Assembly (NCBI GenBank): GCA_965116905.1
Contig: OZ220732.1
Coordinates: forward strand, 3,488,001-3,552,000
DNA length: 64,000 nucleotides
Reading direction: 5' to 3'
Source of the DNA: Longimicrobiales bacterium
Lineage (GTDB): Bacteria > Gemmatimonadota > Gemmatimonadetes > Longimicrobiales > Gaopeijiaceae
The position numbers were made by a program, and so were the translations under genes. The notes beneath the pieces are model-generated. The model searched no databases. It was not told the DNA's origin and worked only from the letters and a program-made list of their open reading frames with translations. Of the stretch, positions 9,868 to 18,700 are shown in pieces. How positions within the stretch are numbered: position 1 is the first letter of the stretch; each line of letters opens with the position of its first letter.

Positions 9868-11190
9868 CTACGGCGAGTCCTCCCCGGTGGATGCCGAGTC
9901 GTCGGATCTGAAAGCGAGGCACTGGAAGTAGTCGTCAATGCGTCTGTACTCCGAGTCGTCCGAATTCATGAAGTCTGCCAGTCTTCGGATCACTTCGTCC
10001 TTGACTTCGGGTGCTGACATTTCGACGAGTTCTTCGTTGGAGAGGATCTCCGTGCGATAGCCCTTTTCCCAGCCGTAGCCCGCGTCCCAGACGGAGTACC
10101 CGTCTGGTTTCTGTCTGTTGATCGGCGTCTTCTCCATGAACCCCTTTAGCCGATCCACGAAGGAACGCTCCTCGCTGCTCTTGCTGTAGAAAGTGAAGTC
10201 CATTTCGACTCTTTGATGTGAGAATGCCATGTACCAAGAAAGGGAACCCCGGTGGCCGCCCATTCTCTGCACGGCGTCACGCAGGGTCGCGTCGGTCCAT
10301 CCCAACCAGTACCAGGTCCGAGAGGGGTTGTTGGAATACGCAGGCGTAACGCCCCGGCCCTTCAAGTAGCCTGCCACCGCAGCCCGCAGTTGCTTCGGAT
10401 CGTGTCTGGACTCCCGCACCAGCTTGGCTAGCGAGTCACGGTACTCTGTCCGGTCTGTCGGCACCATCCCGCGAACGCCGTCGTCACCGTCCTTGTCCAG
10501 GACCCGGCGCATCTCCTTCAGGATGGAGCGATGGTGGTCGAGAAGCGCCTTGAAGCCCTCGCTACCGGGACGAAACCACCTCTCGACCATATCGAGGTAC
10601 TGCCGGATGAATGCCTGGACGTTTGGAGACGGAAACCCCCCAGCTGCAAGGATCGAACCGATCTCATCGCGGACAGAGTCCCAGCCGACATGGGCGATGC
10701 CCCGGAAGTTCACGCTTCCGTCCGGCGAGGTTGTCAACAGGACGCTTCTCACCGTGTGGTCCTTGTGCTTTCTGAGTAGCGTCTCTTGGTAGCCCATCAC
10801 TTGGTGAAGATGGTGGGGATGCGCGGATTCCGGCTTGTTTTCGACGGCGATCAAACACTTCTCCTTCTTGAAGAAGATCGTGACGTCGACGTAGTCCCGT
10901 TCTCTCCAGACCTCGACATTCCCCGCATGGAAGCTGGCCTCGGGAAGATGTTCCCTATCCTCCTCCGCGAACCGCCTAGTGACGTGGTTGACAAACCACT
11001 TCAGGAACTGCACGCCGATTCCGTGGGTGTCGGCGGGCCGGAGCAGCCACGCCAGCACGTTGCTGTGGCGTATTTCGTAGCCCGAGTACCTGAGAACATC
11101 GAACGTGTTGAATTCCCTTGGCTCCACGAGCTCTCGATGGTATGCGCGGAACCGGGAGTCGTCGATCAGGTTCCGCAGGTCGCCTTCCAT
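9868..11190 (-). CDS. PD-(D/E)XK nuclease family protein (PDDEXK_4-like)
   Basis: FNTF...EIRHSNVLAWLL, VDVTI...IAVENK....Q...Y motifs. Confidence 0.85.
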   Translation of the reverse strand: MEGDLRNLIDDSRFRAYHRELVEPREFNTFDVLRYSGYEIRHSNVLAWLLRPADTHGIGVQFLKWFVNHVTRRFAEEDREHLPEASFHAGNVEVWRERDYVDVTIFFKKEKCLIAVENKPESAHPHHLHQVMGYQETLLRKHKDHTVRSVLLTTSPDGSVNFRGIAHVGWDSVRDEIGSILAAGGFPSPNVQAFIRQYLDMVERWFRPGSEGFKALLDHHRSILKEMRRVLDKDGDDGVRGMVPTDRTEYRDSLAKLVRESRHDPKQLRAAVAGYLKGRGVTPAYSNNPSRTWYWLGWTDATLRDAVQRMGGHRGSLSWYMAFSHQRVEMDFTFYSKSSEERSFVDRLKGFMEKTPINRQKPDGYSVWDAGYGWEKGYRTEILSNEELVEMSAPEVKDEVIRRLADFMNSDDSEYRRIDDYFQCLAFRSDDSASTGEDSP

Positions 11191-11439
11191 CCTCGCCCCT
11201 CCTCTGAGTGCGGTGTGCAGACCGCGCCTTTCGATACGGACCACCGGAAAGTCAGAGTGAGCAACCGGTCTCGCAAGGCCAGTCACGACTGCCCCTCGCA
11301 GTCTATCGGCGGTACTCTGGCCGCCGATGCGCGGATCATCTGCGGGGCAAGCTACGTGAGTGCACCGGAGAATGGGCTCAGGGCGCAGTTCTCCACGACC
11401 GTCCGCTGCCTTGGCAGCGGCGCGGAAGCCTTGGGGTCA

Positions 11440-11500
11440 AAGGGGGCGGAGCGCCCCTTGCCAGCCGCGACGTTCAACGTTGCGTGTGCCGGCTCCCGGA
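11440..11500 (+). promoter_or_regulatory. oriT: oriT-like site
   Basis: Closely similar to the site upstream of mobC (15140-15200). Confidence 0.6.
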
Positions 11501-11652
11501 CATTAGCACGCCGGGAGCCAGCCCTTGAGGGCCGCCTCCGCAACGCCGCTCCGGGCATCGCCCGGTACAGCCTCGGCCGGGCCGTCGCGGGCAAGCTCCG
11601 CCGCGTCGGCGACGGGCGGTTCGCCCTGCCGCGCGCCCGTTTTCGGCCCTAC

Positions 11653-11696
11653 CTCTACCCCTCGGAGACCCGAGCTCTACCCCTCGGAGACCCGAG
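11653..11696 (+). repeat. Perfect 22-bp tandem repeat
   Basis: CTCTACCCCTCGGAGACCCGAG x2. Confidence 0.9.
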
Positions 11697-11821
11697 ATCG
11701 TGCGTCAGAGGCGATCCTGCGGCCCGCATATGACCCGAAAGGCCCCTTGGACCGCCCGCAAACGGGCTCCGAGCCCGTCGAGGCGGGTAGACGGGACCGA
11801 GGGGTCGGATCAGGCTCCGTT

Positions 11822-12020
11822 GCCCCTCCCGGCCCGCCAGATACTCCGCCCACTGCTCCATCAGGACGCGACGGCGCTCGAACAAGTCCGAGCGGGCGTA
11901 GGCCGCCTCTACCTTGTCACGGACCGCGTGGGCCAGCGCGGCCTCCATGACTGCGTGGGGCGCGTCGGTGGGCTCCGCGGCCCAGTCCCGGAAGCTCGAA
12001 AACGCCCGCACGGCCATGGT
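11822..12020 (-). pseudogene. C-terminal remnant of P4-like integrase
   Basis: FSSFRDWAAE...EAALAHAVRDKVEAAYARSDLFERRRVLMEQWAEYL; no N-terminus. Confidence 0.85.
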
Positions 12021-12171
12021 CGCCGTCCGCCTGACGGCGGTCGAGGTCGAAGCGCCGTTATTGACGCCACCCAACCACTCGTCGAGTATTCCCGATCGGG
12101 TACAATTGACCGGCCTCCAACTCATCCGCGTCCATCGGGGCGCGGACCTGCCTCCAGAAAGGGTAACGGAC

Positions 12172-12819
12172 ATGGGCAGCTCGCATGATGCCGTCATGCA
12201 GTACGTGGAACAGGAAATGAAGAAGGACCCCGGCGTGAAGAATGCCACCCTGTTCGCCGGTGCCCGCGAGATCGACGAGTCGATCGGGGAGCTTAGGCCG
12301 CAACAGTTCCACGCCAGGTATCGGCTGCCGGTGACGCGGCGGATGGCGGAACAGCGACGGCCCGCACGGCAAGCGAAGGCGGCCCCGACACCCGAACCCG
12401 CGCCTGCGGCATCAGGTGATGGGGTTGCCGTCATGGAGTACGTGGAGCGGACGCTTGAGGCGAACCCCGGAATCACGAACGCGGACCTGTTCGCGGGTGC
12501 CCGCGAGATCGACCCCTCGGTAGCGCAACTCTCGGCTCGGCAGTTCCACGCGAAGTACCCTCTCCAAGTGAAGGCGCGGCTCGCAAAGGCCGCCGCGCCC
12601 GAGCCCAAGACGCCGCCGGAACCGGAGGAAGCAATGGCTGAGGAGCCCACCGCCCCGGACGTATCGTCGGCGGGGGAGGGCGACCCGCTCGCGGTCCGCC
12701 GCCTGCTGCTCGATCTGGCGAAGGAACTCGCGAACGCGGAGAGCAAGGCGGAAGTGATCGAGGTCATGGCCCGGCTGGACGACTACGTGGCCGAGATCAT
12801 GGAGGCGGCACGAGGTTGA
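12172..12819 (+). CDS. Hypothetical protein with duplicated ~50-aa domain
   Basis: Two copies of VMxYVE....xPGxxNAxLFAGAREIDxSxxxLxxxQFHAxYxLxV, Pro-rich linker, helical C-terminus. Confidence 0.75.
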   Translation: MGSSHDAVMQYVEQEMKKDPGVKNATLFAGAREIDESIGELRPQQFHARYRLPVTRRMAEQRRPARQAKAAPTPEPAPAASGDGVAVMEYVERTLEANPGITNADLFAGAREIDPSVAQLSARQFHAKYPLQVKARLAKAAAPEPKTPPEPEEAMAEEPTAPDVSSAGEGDPLAVRRLLLDLAKELANAESKAEVIEVMARLDDYVAEIMEAARG

Positions 12820-12896
12820 GTCGTCCGCGCGCCTCGGTGGCCCGTGGCGCGCACGGCACGATGAAGATAGGCCAAGAGCACCGCGCGGACGCAGTG

Positions 12897-12960
12897 CGGG
12901 GGTCCGGGGGTATCCCCCGGCCAGAGTTTTTCGTGAAGCGAAAACACATCTGGCTCCTCC
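12897..12960 (+). promoter_or_regulatory. oriT: oriT-like site (variant inverted repeat)
   Basis: GGGGGTATCCCCC-GGCCAG-GTTTTTCGTGAAGCGAAAAC-ACATCTGGCTCC, same architecture as 15140-15200. Confidence 0.45.
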
Positions 12961-13089
12961 ACAAACCGGAGAAACAAACGCCCCCGTGGCGCGCGCGACC
13001 GGGGCACCAACTCTGGACGACGCGCCCGCCCTGCGCGAGCTTCCAAACGCGCAGATCGTGCAGTCCATCGAATCGAAAGGAATCGAACG

Positions 13090-14253
13090 ATGGCACGCAC
13101 GAGAAGAAGCCGCCGGAGCTACGGCGCCGGCGAGTGGGGCCGGAACCGGGTCAGGGTGTTTCCCGACCCGAAGACCGGCTTGTTCCAAGTGGAGTGGCGC
13201 GAGAATGGTCGAAGGCTCACCCGGTCGCTCGGACACCGCGATTGGGCGAGGGCGAAGCGGCAAGCGGACGAGTTTGCCGCCGGGTTTGCAAACCCGGACC
13301 TGAACGGCAAGGCGGAAGCCGAGCCGGAGCCGCTCACCCTGGGCACGCTCTTTGAAATCTACGGTGAGGAGGTGACGCCCTCGAAGGACGAGCGCAACCA
13401 ACGGCACGACTGGATCGCGATGGCGATGTTCCGCGACTTCCTCGGGCCGGACCGAAGGCCCGAGACCCTGTCCCGGCGAGATTGGGACAGGTTCATCCGG
13501 GAGCGGCGCGCGGGCAGAATCGGTCCCAGTGGAAAACCCGTGGGCAACCGCACCCTCGAATGGGACCTGACCTTCCTGATGGCGGTGCTGAACTGGGCGG
13601 CACGGTCGAGGGACGAGCAGGGCCGCCTGCTGCTGGACCGGAACCCGCTGAAAGGTCTCCGGAAGCCGGTCGAGAAGAATCCCACCCGGGTTGTTCTCAC
13701 CGAAGAGGAGTATCAGGCGCTGCTCGGGGTCTCGCGGCGGTTGGACTGGCGGTTCCATGTTGCCCTCGTGCTCGCGCACGAAACCGGGCACAGGATCGGA
13801 GCCATCCGCAATCTCATGTGGTCGGACATCGACCTTGAGGGCGCGATGGTGAGGTGGCGGGCGAAGCACGAGAAGACGGGCTACGAGCACACCACGCCGC
13901 TGACGGACGACGCAGTGGCCGCCTTGGAGGAGGCACGGCGGATGAATCCCGAAGGCGGCGACGGTCCGGTGCTGCCCGCGCCGACAAACCCCGCGGAGTG
14001 CCTCGGTGGCTGGCGGGCGCTGAAATGGTGGTACAGGGCCGCGACCCTCGCGGGGCTCGAACCGAAGCGCGGGCGGGCTTGGCACTCGCTCAGGCGCAAG
14101 TTTGCTTCGGACCTGATGGACCAGCCGCTCAAAGTGCTCTGCGAACTCGGCGGGTGGAAGAACCCCCAGACGGTCCTGACCTGCTACCAGCAGGCGAACA
14201 CGGGACGACTCAGGACGGCTCTGGAAAGCCGCCGGAGGGTTCGCTCCCGATAG
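13090..14253 (+). CDS. int: Tyrosine recombinase/integrase of the inner element
   Basis: ETGHRIG, KTG, WHSLRR, LGGW, CYQ catalytic motifs. Confidence 0.9.
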   Translation: MARTRRSRRSYGAGEWGRNRVRVFPDPKTGLFQVEWRENGRRLTRSLGHRDWARAKRQADEFAAGFANPDLNGKAEAEPEPLTLGTLFEIYGEEVTPSKDERNQRHDWIAMAMFRDFLGPDRRPETLSRRDWDRFIRERRAGRIGPSGKPVGNRTLEWDLTFLMAVLNWAARSRDEQGRLLLDRNPLKGLRKPVEKNPTRVVLTEEEYQALLGVSRRLDWRFHVALVLAHETGHRIGAIRNLMWSDIDLEGAMVRWRAKHEKTGYEHTTPLTDDAVAALEEARRMNPEGGDGPVLPAPTNPAECLGGWRALKWWYRAATLAGLEPKRGRAWHSLRRKFASDLMDQPLKVLCELGGWKNPQTVLTCYQQANTGRLRTALESRRRVRSR

Positions 14254-14347
14254 AATCCCAACCAGCGGGAATCAAACGGCGGGAGTCGAACTACCTAAAC
14301 TCCCAAGTTACACGCTCACAACAACATGCGTCTCCAATGGCATTTGC

Positions 14348-14729
14348 TGTTGAGGCTGCGGCCCGTCTGGAGGTCGCACTGCGCGGCGAGGATGTGGGCG
14401 TGGACGCCTCCGCCGCGCTCGCGGTGCAGGACCGCCGTCCAGGCATAGCGGTCCGGGTCCAGCCCCGCCCAGGCCGTCTTCTCGAACTCGTCGAGGACGG
14501 CTTCGATCTGTTCCTCGGTCGGCCGGTCCTCGGGCGCCCACGCGATCACGGCCGACGTGTACCTGCGCTCGAAGTCGAGCGAGTCGGCCACGGCGGCCAC
14601 CATGTCCGGGTTGCCGCGCACGACTTCGACGCCCTCGCGCTCGTGTCCCGCCGCGTCGCGCTCTCCGACGAGATACTCGACCGCCGCGCGGGCCGAGCCC
14701 TTCCCGTGGGAGAGGAACTTAACGAGCAT
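14348..14729 (-). pseudogene. mobA: 5' part of split MOBP relaxase
   Basis: MLVKF...AVEYL (catalytic Tyr)...HRERGGGVHAH (3H motif)...TGRSLN. Confidence 0.9.
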
Positions 14730-15054
14730 CGCCGGCCTCCTCGCCGATACGGGCCACGGCAAGCAACGAGCGCTCGAGGGAGACCAAGTGAGCGATCACC
14801 GAGACGGCCTCGGCCGTCGAGGCGTGGGTGTTCGCCCACCGCGCGAGCTGGTTCAGGTTGTTCCCGATGCGCGCGATCTGGCGGGTGCGCTCGCGCTCGA
14901 CGGCCCGCGCCGACGCGGTCCACGTCCGCGTCCGCGCCATCGCCTCGCGAAGCAGCGCGGAGGGGGAGACGCCCGCCGCAGCCGCCTTCTCCCGCCAGGC
15001 GGCGTGTTCGGCGGGCGTGACCCGCGCGGCAACCAGGGCGGTGCGGTCAGCCAC
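14719..15054 (-). CDS. mobC: MobC relaxosome accessory protein
   Basis: RHH N-terminus, RQIARIGNNLNQLAR motif; overlaps relaxase start. Confidence 0.9.
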   Translation of the reverse strand: MADRTALVAARVTPAEHAAWREKAAAAGVSPSALLREAMARTRTWTASARAVERERTRQIARIGNNLNQLARWANTHASTAEAVSVIAHLVSLERSLLAVARIGEEAGDAR

Positions 15055-15139
15055 GTCCGCACCGTTGCCGGGGGTCGGAGCGCGGCCGCCCGCGCCCGTC
15101 CGCCGACCTCTCGGCGGCGCGGAACGCAGGGGGATCTGA

Positions 15140-15200
15140 AGGGGGGCGCAGCACCCCCTCGCCAGCCGCAACGTTTAACGTTGCGTGTGCTGGCTCCCCG
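15140..15200 (+). promoter_or_regulatory. oriT: Probable cognate oriT upstream of mobC
   Basis: GGGGGCGCAGCACCCCC-GCCAG-CGCAACGTTTAACGTTGCG-TGTGCTGGCTCC directly upstream of mobC. Confidence 0.7.
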
Positions 15201-15766
15201 GCCTTAGCGGTGTCCGACAAGCCCGTCCGCCGCAGCCGCGGATGCTCCGGCTCAACGCGTCGCATCGACCCCTTCGACATGCTTGCCCGCCCCGGGGACC
15301 CCGGCTTGGGCTTCCCTCGGCGGCGAGCGCCCGGTAAGCGGCTCCGCGCATGGATGCCCGGACTCATCCGCTCCCCGAATGCCGGGCGCGATCTCCTCGG
15401 CGACCAAGCCCCGCGCAGTTGCACGATGCCTGCGCTCGCCGCCGAGTTCAACTACTTGCTCCAGCATCTCCATGACTCGAACGTTGAAGCGCCGTTCCCA
15501 AGGGAGTCAACTCGTAGGAAACGTCCTGCAGTCCACCGATGTCCGACGATGTCCGGCAAGGTACGCGGGCTGTTGGGCACCGCCGCCAGCGGCTTGTCGA
15601 AACGCCTCCTGTGGGCCGTCGAAGCCCGCTTTCATGGCGTGGTTGCGGCTCCGGACGAACGACCCTCGTAAGCTGTGCGGTCGTGAGATGCAGCCCTACC
15701 TTTGGGTGATCCCTCCGTTAGGGCGGAGCCATCAAGACACCACGAAACTTCAGGAGGAGCGCAACC

Positions 15767-18700
15767 GTGAGCCGCTATCGAATCTTCGCGATGGCCGCAG
15801 TAGGGCTGTCGGCGACGGTGTGGGCATATGCGTGCGGCGACGGGGCGACGGAGCCCACGCCCACCCGCGACCCGTCTCGGCCGACAACCGTGACGGTGAC
15901 GCCGGCGAGCGCTGAACTCACGGCGATCGGGGCGACCGTGCACTTGGCGGCACAGGTCCTCGACCAGAACGGACAGGCAATGGCGGGAGCAGCCGTCACG
16001 TGGTCGAGCGGTGCAACCTCGGTGGCGACGGTGAGCGCGGCGGGCGTGGTGACGGCGGCAGGCAACGGCACGGCAACGATCACGGCCACGGCGGGCTCGG
16101 CGTCGGGCACGGCGAGCATCACGGTGGCCCAAGAGGTCGGCGCGGTCACAGTGACGCCGGCCGCCGACACGCTGCTGGCGCTCGGCGACACGTTGCGGCT
16201 CTCCGCCGAGGCCAGCGACGCGAACGGTCACGTCGTGGAAGGGACGGCGTTCAGGTGGGTGTCCGCCGACACGCTGGTGGCCATAGTGGACAGCACCGGG
16301 CTAGTGACGGGAATCGAACCCGGCGAGGTATCGGTGACGGCCACGGCGGGCTCGGCGTCGGGCACGGCGAGCATCACGGTGGCCCAAGAGGTTGGCGCGG
16401 TCACAGTGACGCCAGCCGCCGACACGCTGCTGGCGCTCGGCGACACGTTGCGGCTCTCCGCCGAGGCCAGCGACGCGAACGGTCACGTCGTGGAAGGGAC
16501 GGCGTTCAGGTGGGTGTCCGCCGACACGCTGGTGGCCATAGTGGACAGCACCGGGCTGGTGACGGGAATCGAACCCGGCGAGGTATCGGTGACGGCCACG
16601 GCCGCAGGGGTAAGCGGCCACGCTGAACTGACCGTCGCAGCCCCGGTGCCGACGACGTTGTCGGTGACGCCGGACACGGTGGCGTTTACGGCTATCGGAC
16701 AGAGCGTGCAACTCGCCGCCGAGGTGCTGGACCAAGCCCGGCGCGCGATGGAGCACGTACAAGTGTCCTGGTCGAGCGCGGACACCACCGTCGCTACGGT
16801 CGACTCGGCCGGTCTGGTGACGGCGGTGAGGAGTGGAACAACAACGGTCACTGCTTCTGCAAGCGAGGCATCGGGCGAAGCCGTGGTGACGGTGATGCAA
16901 TCGACGGGCTCGGTCGTGGTGTCACCCTCGGCAGACACGGTGGCGCTCGGCGACACATTGCGGTTGGTGGCGGAGGCGTTCGACGAGAACGGGCATGCAG
17001 TCGAAGACGCGGAGTTCAGTTGGTCGTCGAGCAACGGTTCGGTGGTGACGGTGGACGCGTCGGGGCTGGTGACGGGGGTCGCCGAGGGGATGGCCGAGAT
17101 CACGGCGGGGGCCGGGGATGCCCAGGGAACTTCCGAGATCACGGTCGAGAACCCGGATCGGGCGGCGCTCGTCGCGCTCTACAACGCAACCGACGGTCCG
17201 AACTGGGTCAACAGCGAGAAGTGGCTGACGGAGGCGCCCCTGGGCGAGTGGTACGGGGTGGACACGGACGCTTCCGGGCGCGTCGTCGGTCTTGATCTCG
17301 GAGGTCAGAGAGACGAGGACAGCCGCCAGTGGATACCGCACGGCCTCGCAGGTCCGATACCGCCAGAACTGGGCAACCTCACCGAGTTGACGGAGCTGAA
17401 CCTCCGCCACAACGCACTTGTGGGTCCGATTCCGGCAGAACTCGGCCGCCTCGCGAGGCTGACGCGACTCGACCTCTGGCGCAACCGCCTCACGGGTCCG
17501 ATACCGTCAGAACTGGGCGCCCTTGCCAGCTTGACGGTGTTGTGGCTCTCCGACAACGACCTCTCCGGCGCCATCCCACTCGAACTTGGCAGACTCGGCG
17601 ACCTCAGGAATCTGGGGCTTGCTGGCAACCGGCTCGCGGATGCGATCCCACCCGAGCTCGGCAACCTCGCCAAGCTGTGGCAACTCTCGCTCGGTTCCAA
17701 CCAGCTTTCCGGTCCGGTCCCGCTTGAACTTGGAAAGCTCGCCAGGCTGCGGAGTCTGGATCTCGGATATAATGACCTGAGCGGCCCGATCCCCGAGAGC
17801 TTTTTCAAGCTTGATGGGCTGAGATACTTCTACTTTGAGGAAAACGCCGGTCTCTGCGCGCCGGGCACGTCTGCTTTCGTGACATGGTTGGACACCATCG
17901 AGAACCGCGACGAGGGGCTCTACTGCAACGCGGCGGATGCGGTTGTGCTCGAAGCCCTCCACGACGCCTCCGGCGGGCGGGAATGGACGAACTCCGAAGG
18001 CTGGCTCGGGACTCCGGCGCTCGCGCAATGGCATGGTGTGACGGCGGATTCCCTCGGCCGGGTCGTAACCCTTGATCTCACCCGGAACGGCCTGACGGGT
18101 CAGCTGCCGAACAATCTTGGCACATTGGCCGGGATGACCATCCTACGGATCGGGGACAACGCGTTGTCCGGTCGCTTGCCTTCTTCGCTCAGCAGTCTGT
18201 CGCTGGTCGAACTCGACTACGCAGACACGGAGTTGTGCGCGCCATCCGACGAATCTTTCCAGACCTGGCTGGCCGGAATACCGTCGCACGAGGGCACCGG
18301 GGAGGAGTGTGCTCCGCTGACGGAACGCGAGATCCTTGAAATCTTCTACGACGCAACAGGTGGACCGAACTGGACGAACAACGACAACTGGCTGACCGAT
18401 GCACCGCTGAGAACATGGCACGGTGTCCGGGTGAACGGCCAGGGCCGGGTTGGGAGATTGTCCCTCAACTCCAACAACCTCACTGGCTCCATCCCTCCGG
18501 AACTCGGAAGCCTTGCCAACCTGACGCAACTGAATCTCACCCGGAACGCCGTAACGGGTGAGATTCCGCCTGCACTGGGCAACCTCTCGAACCTGACGTT
18601 CCTGGCACTCGGCGGCAATGCTCTCGAAGGTCCGATCCCGCCTGAACTGGGCAACCTAACCGGACTGTGGAGGCTGTTCCTGTGGCGCAATGATCTTTCC

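Larger units (their letters stand above)
7961..14356. mobile_element. 6.4-kb tyrosine-recombinase element inserted in the relaxase gene
   Basis: TGTTGAGGC at 7961-7969 and 14348-14356; integrase at right end; GCGGGA(A/G)TC arm-like repeats at both ends; removal restores GRSLN-IAPPG. Confidence 0.85.

Noticed and set aside
15210..15760. Possible partner end for terminus B or a small gene
   Set aside because: No match to the inner element's right end and no convincing ORF found
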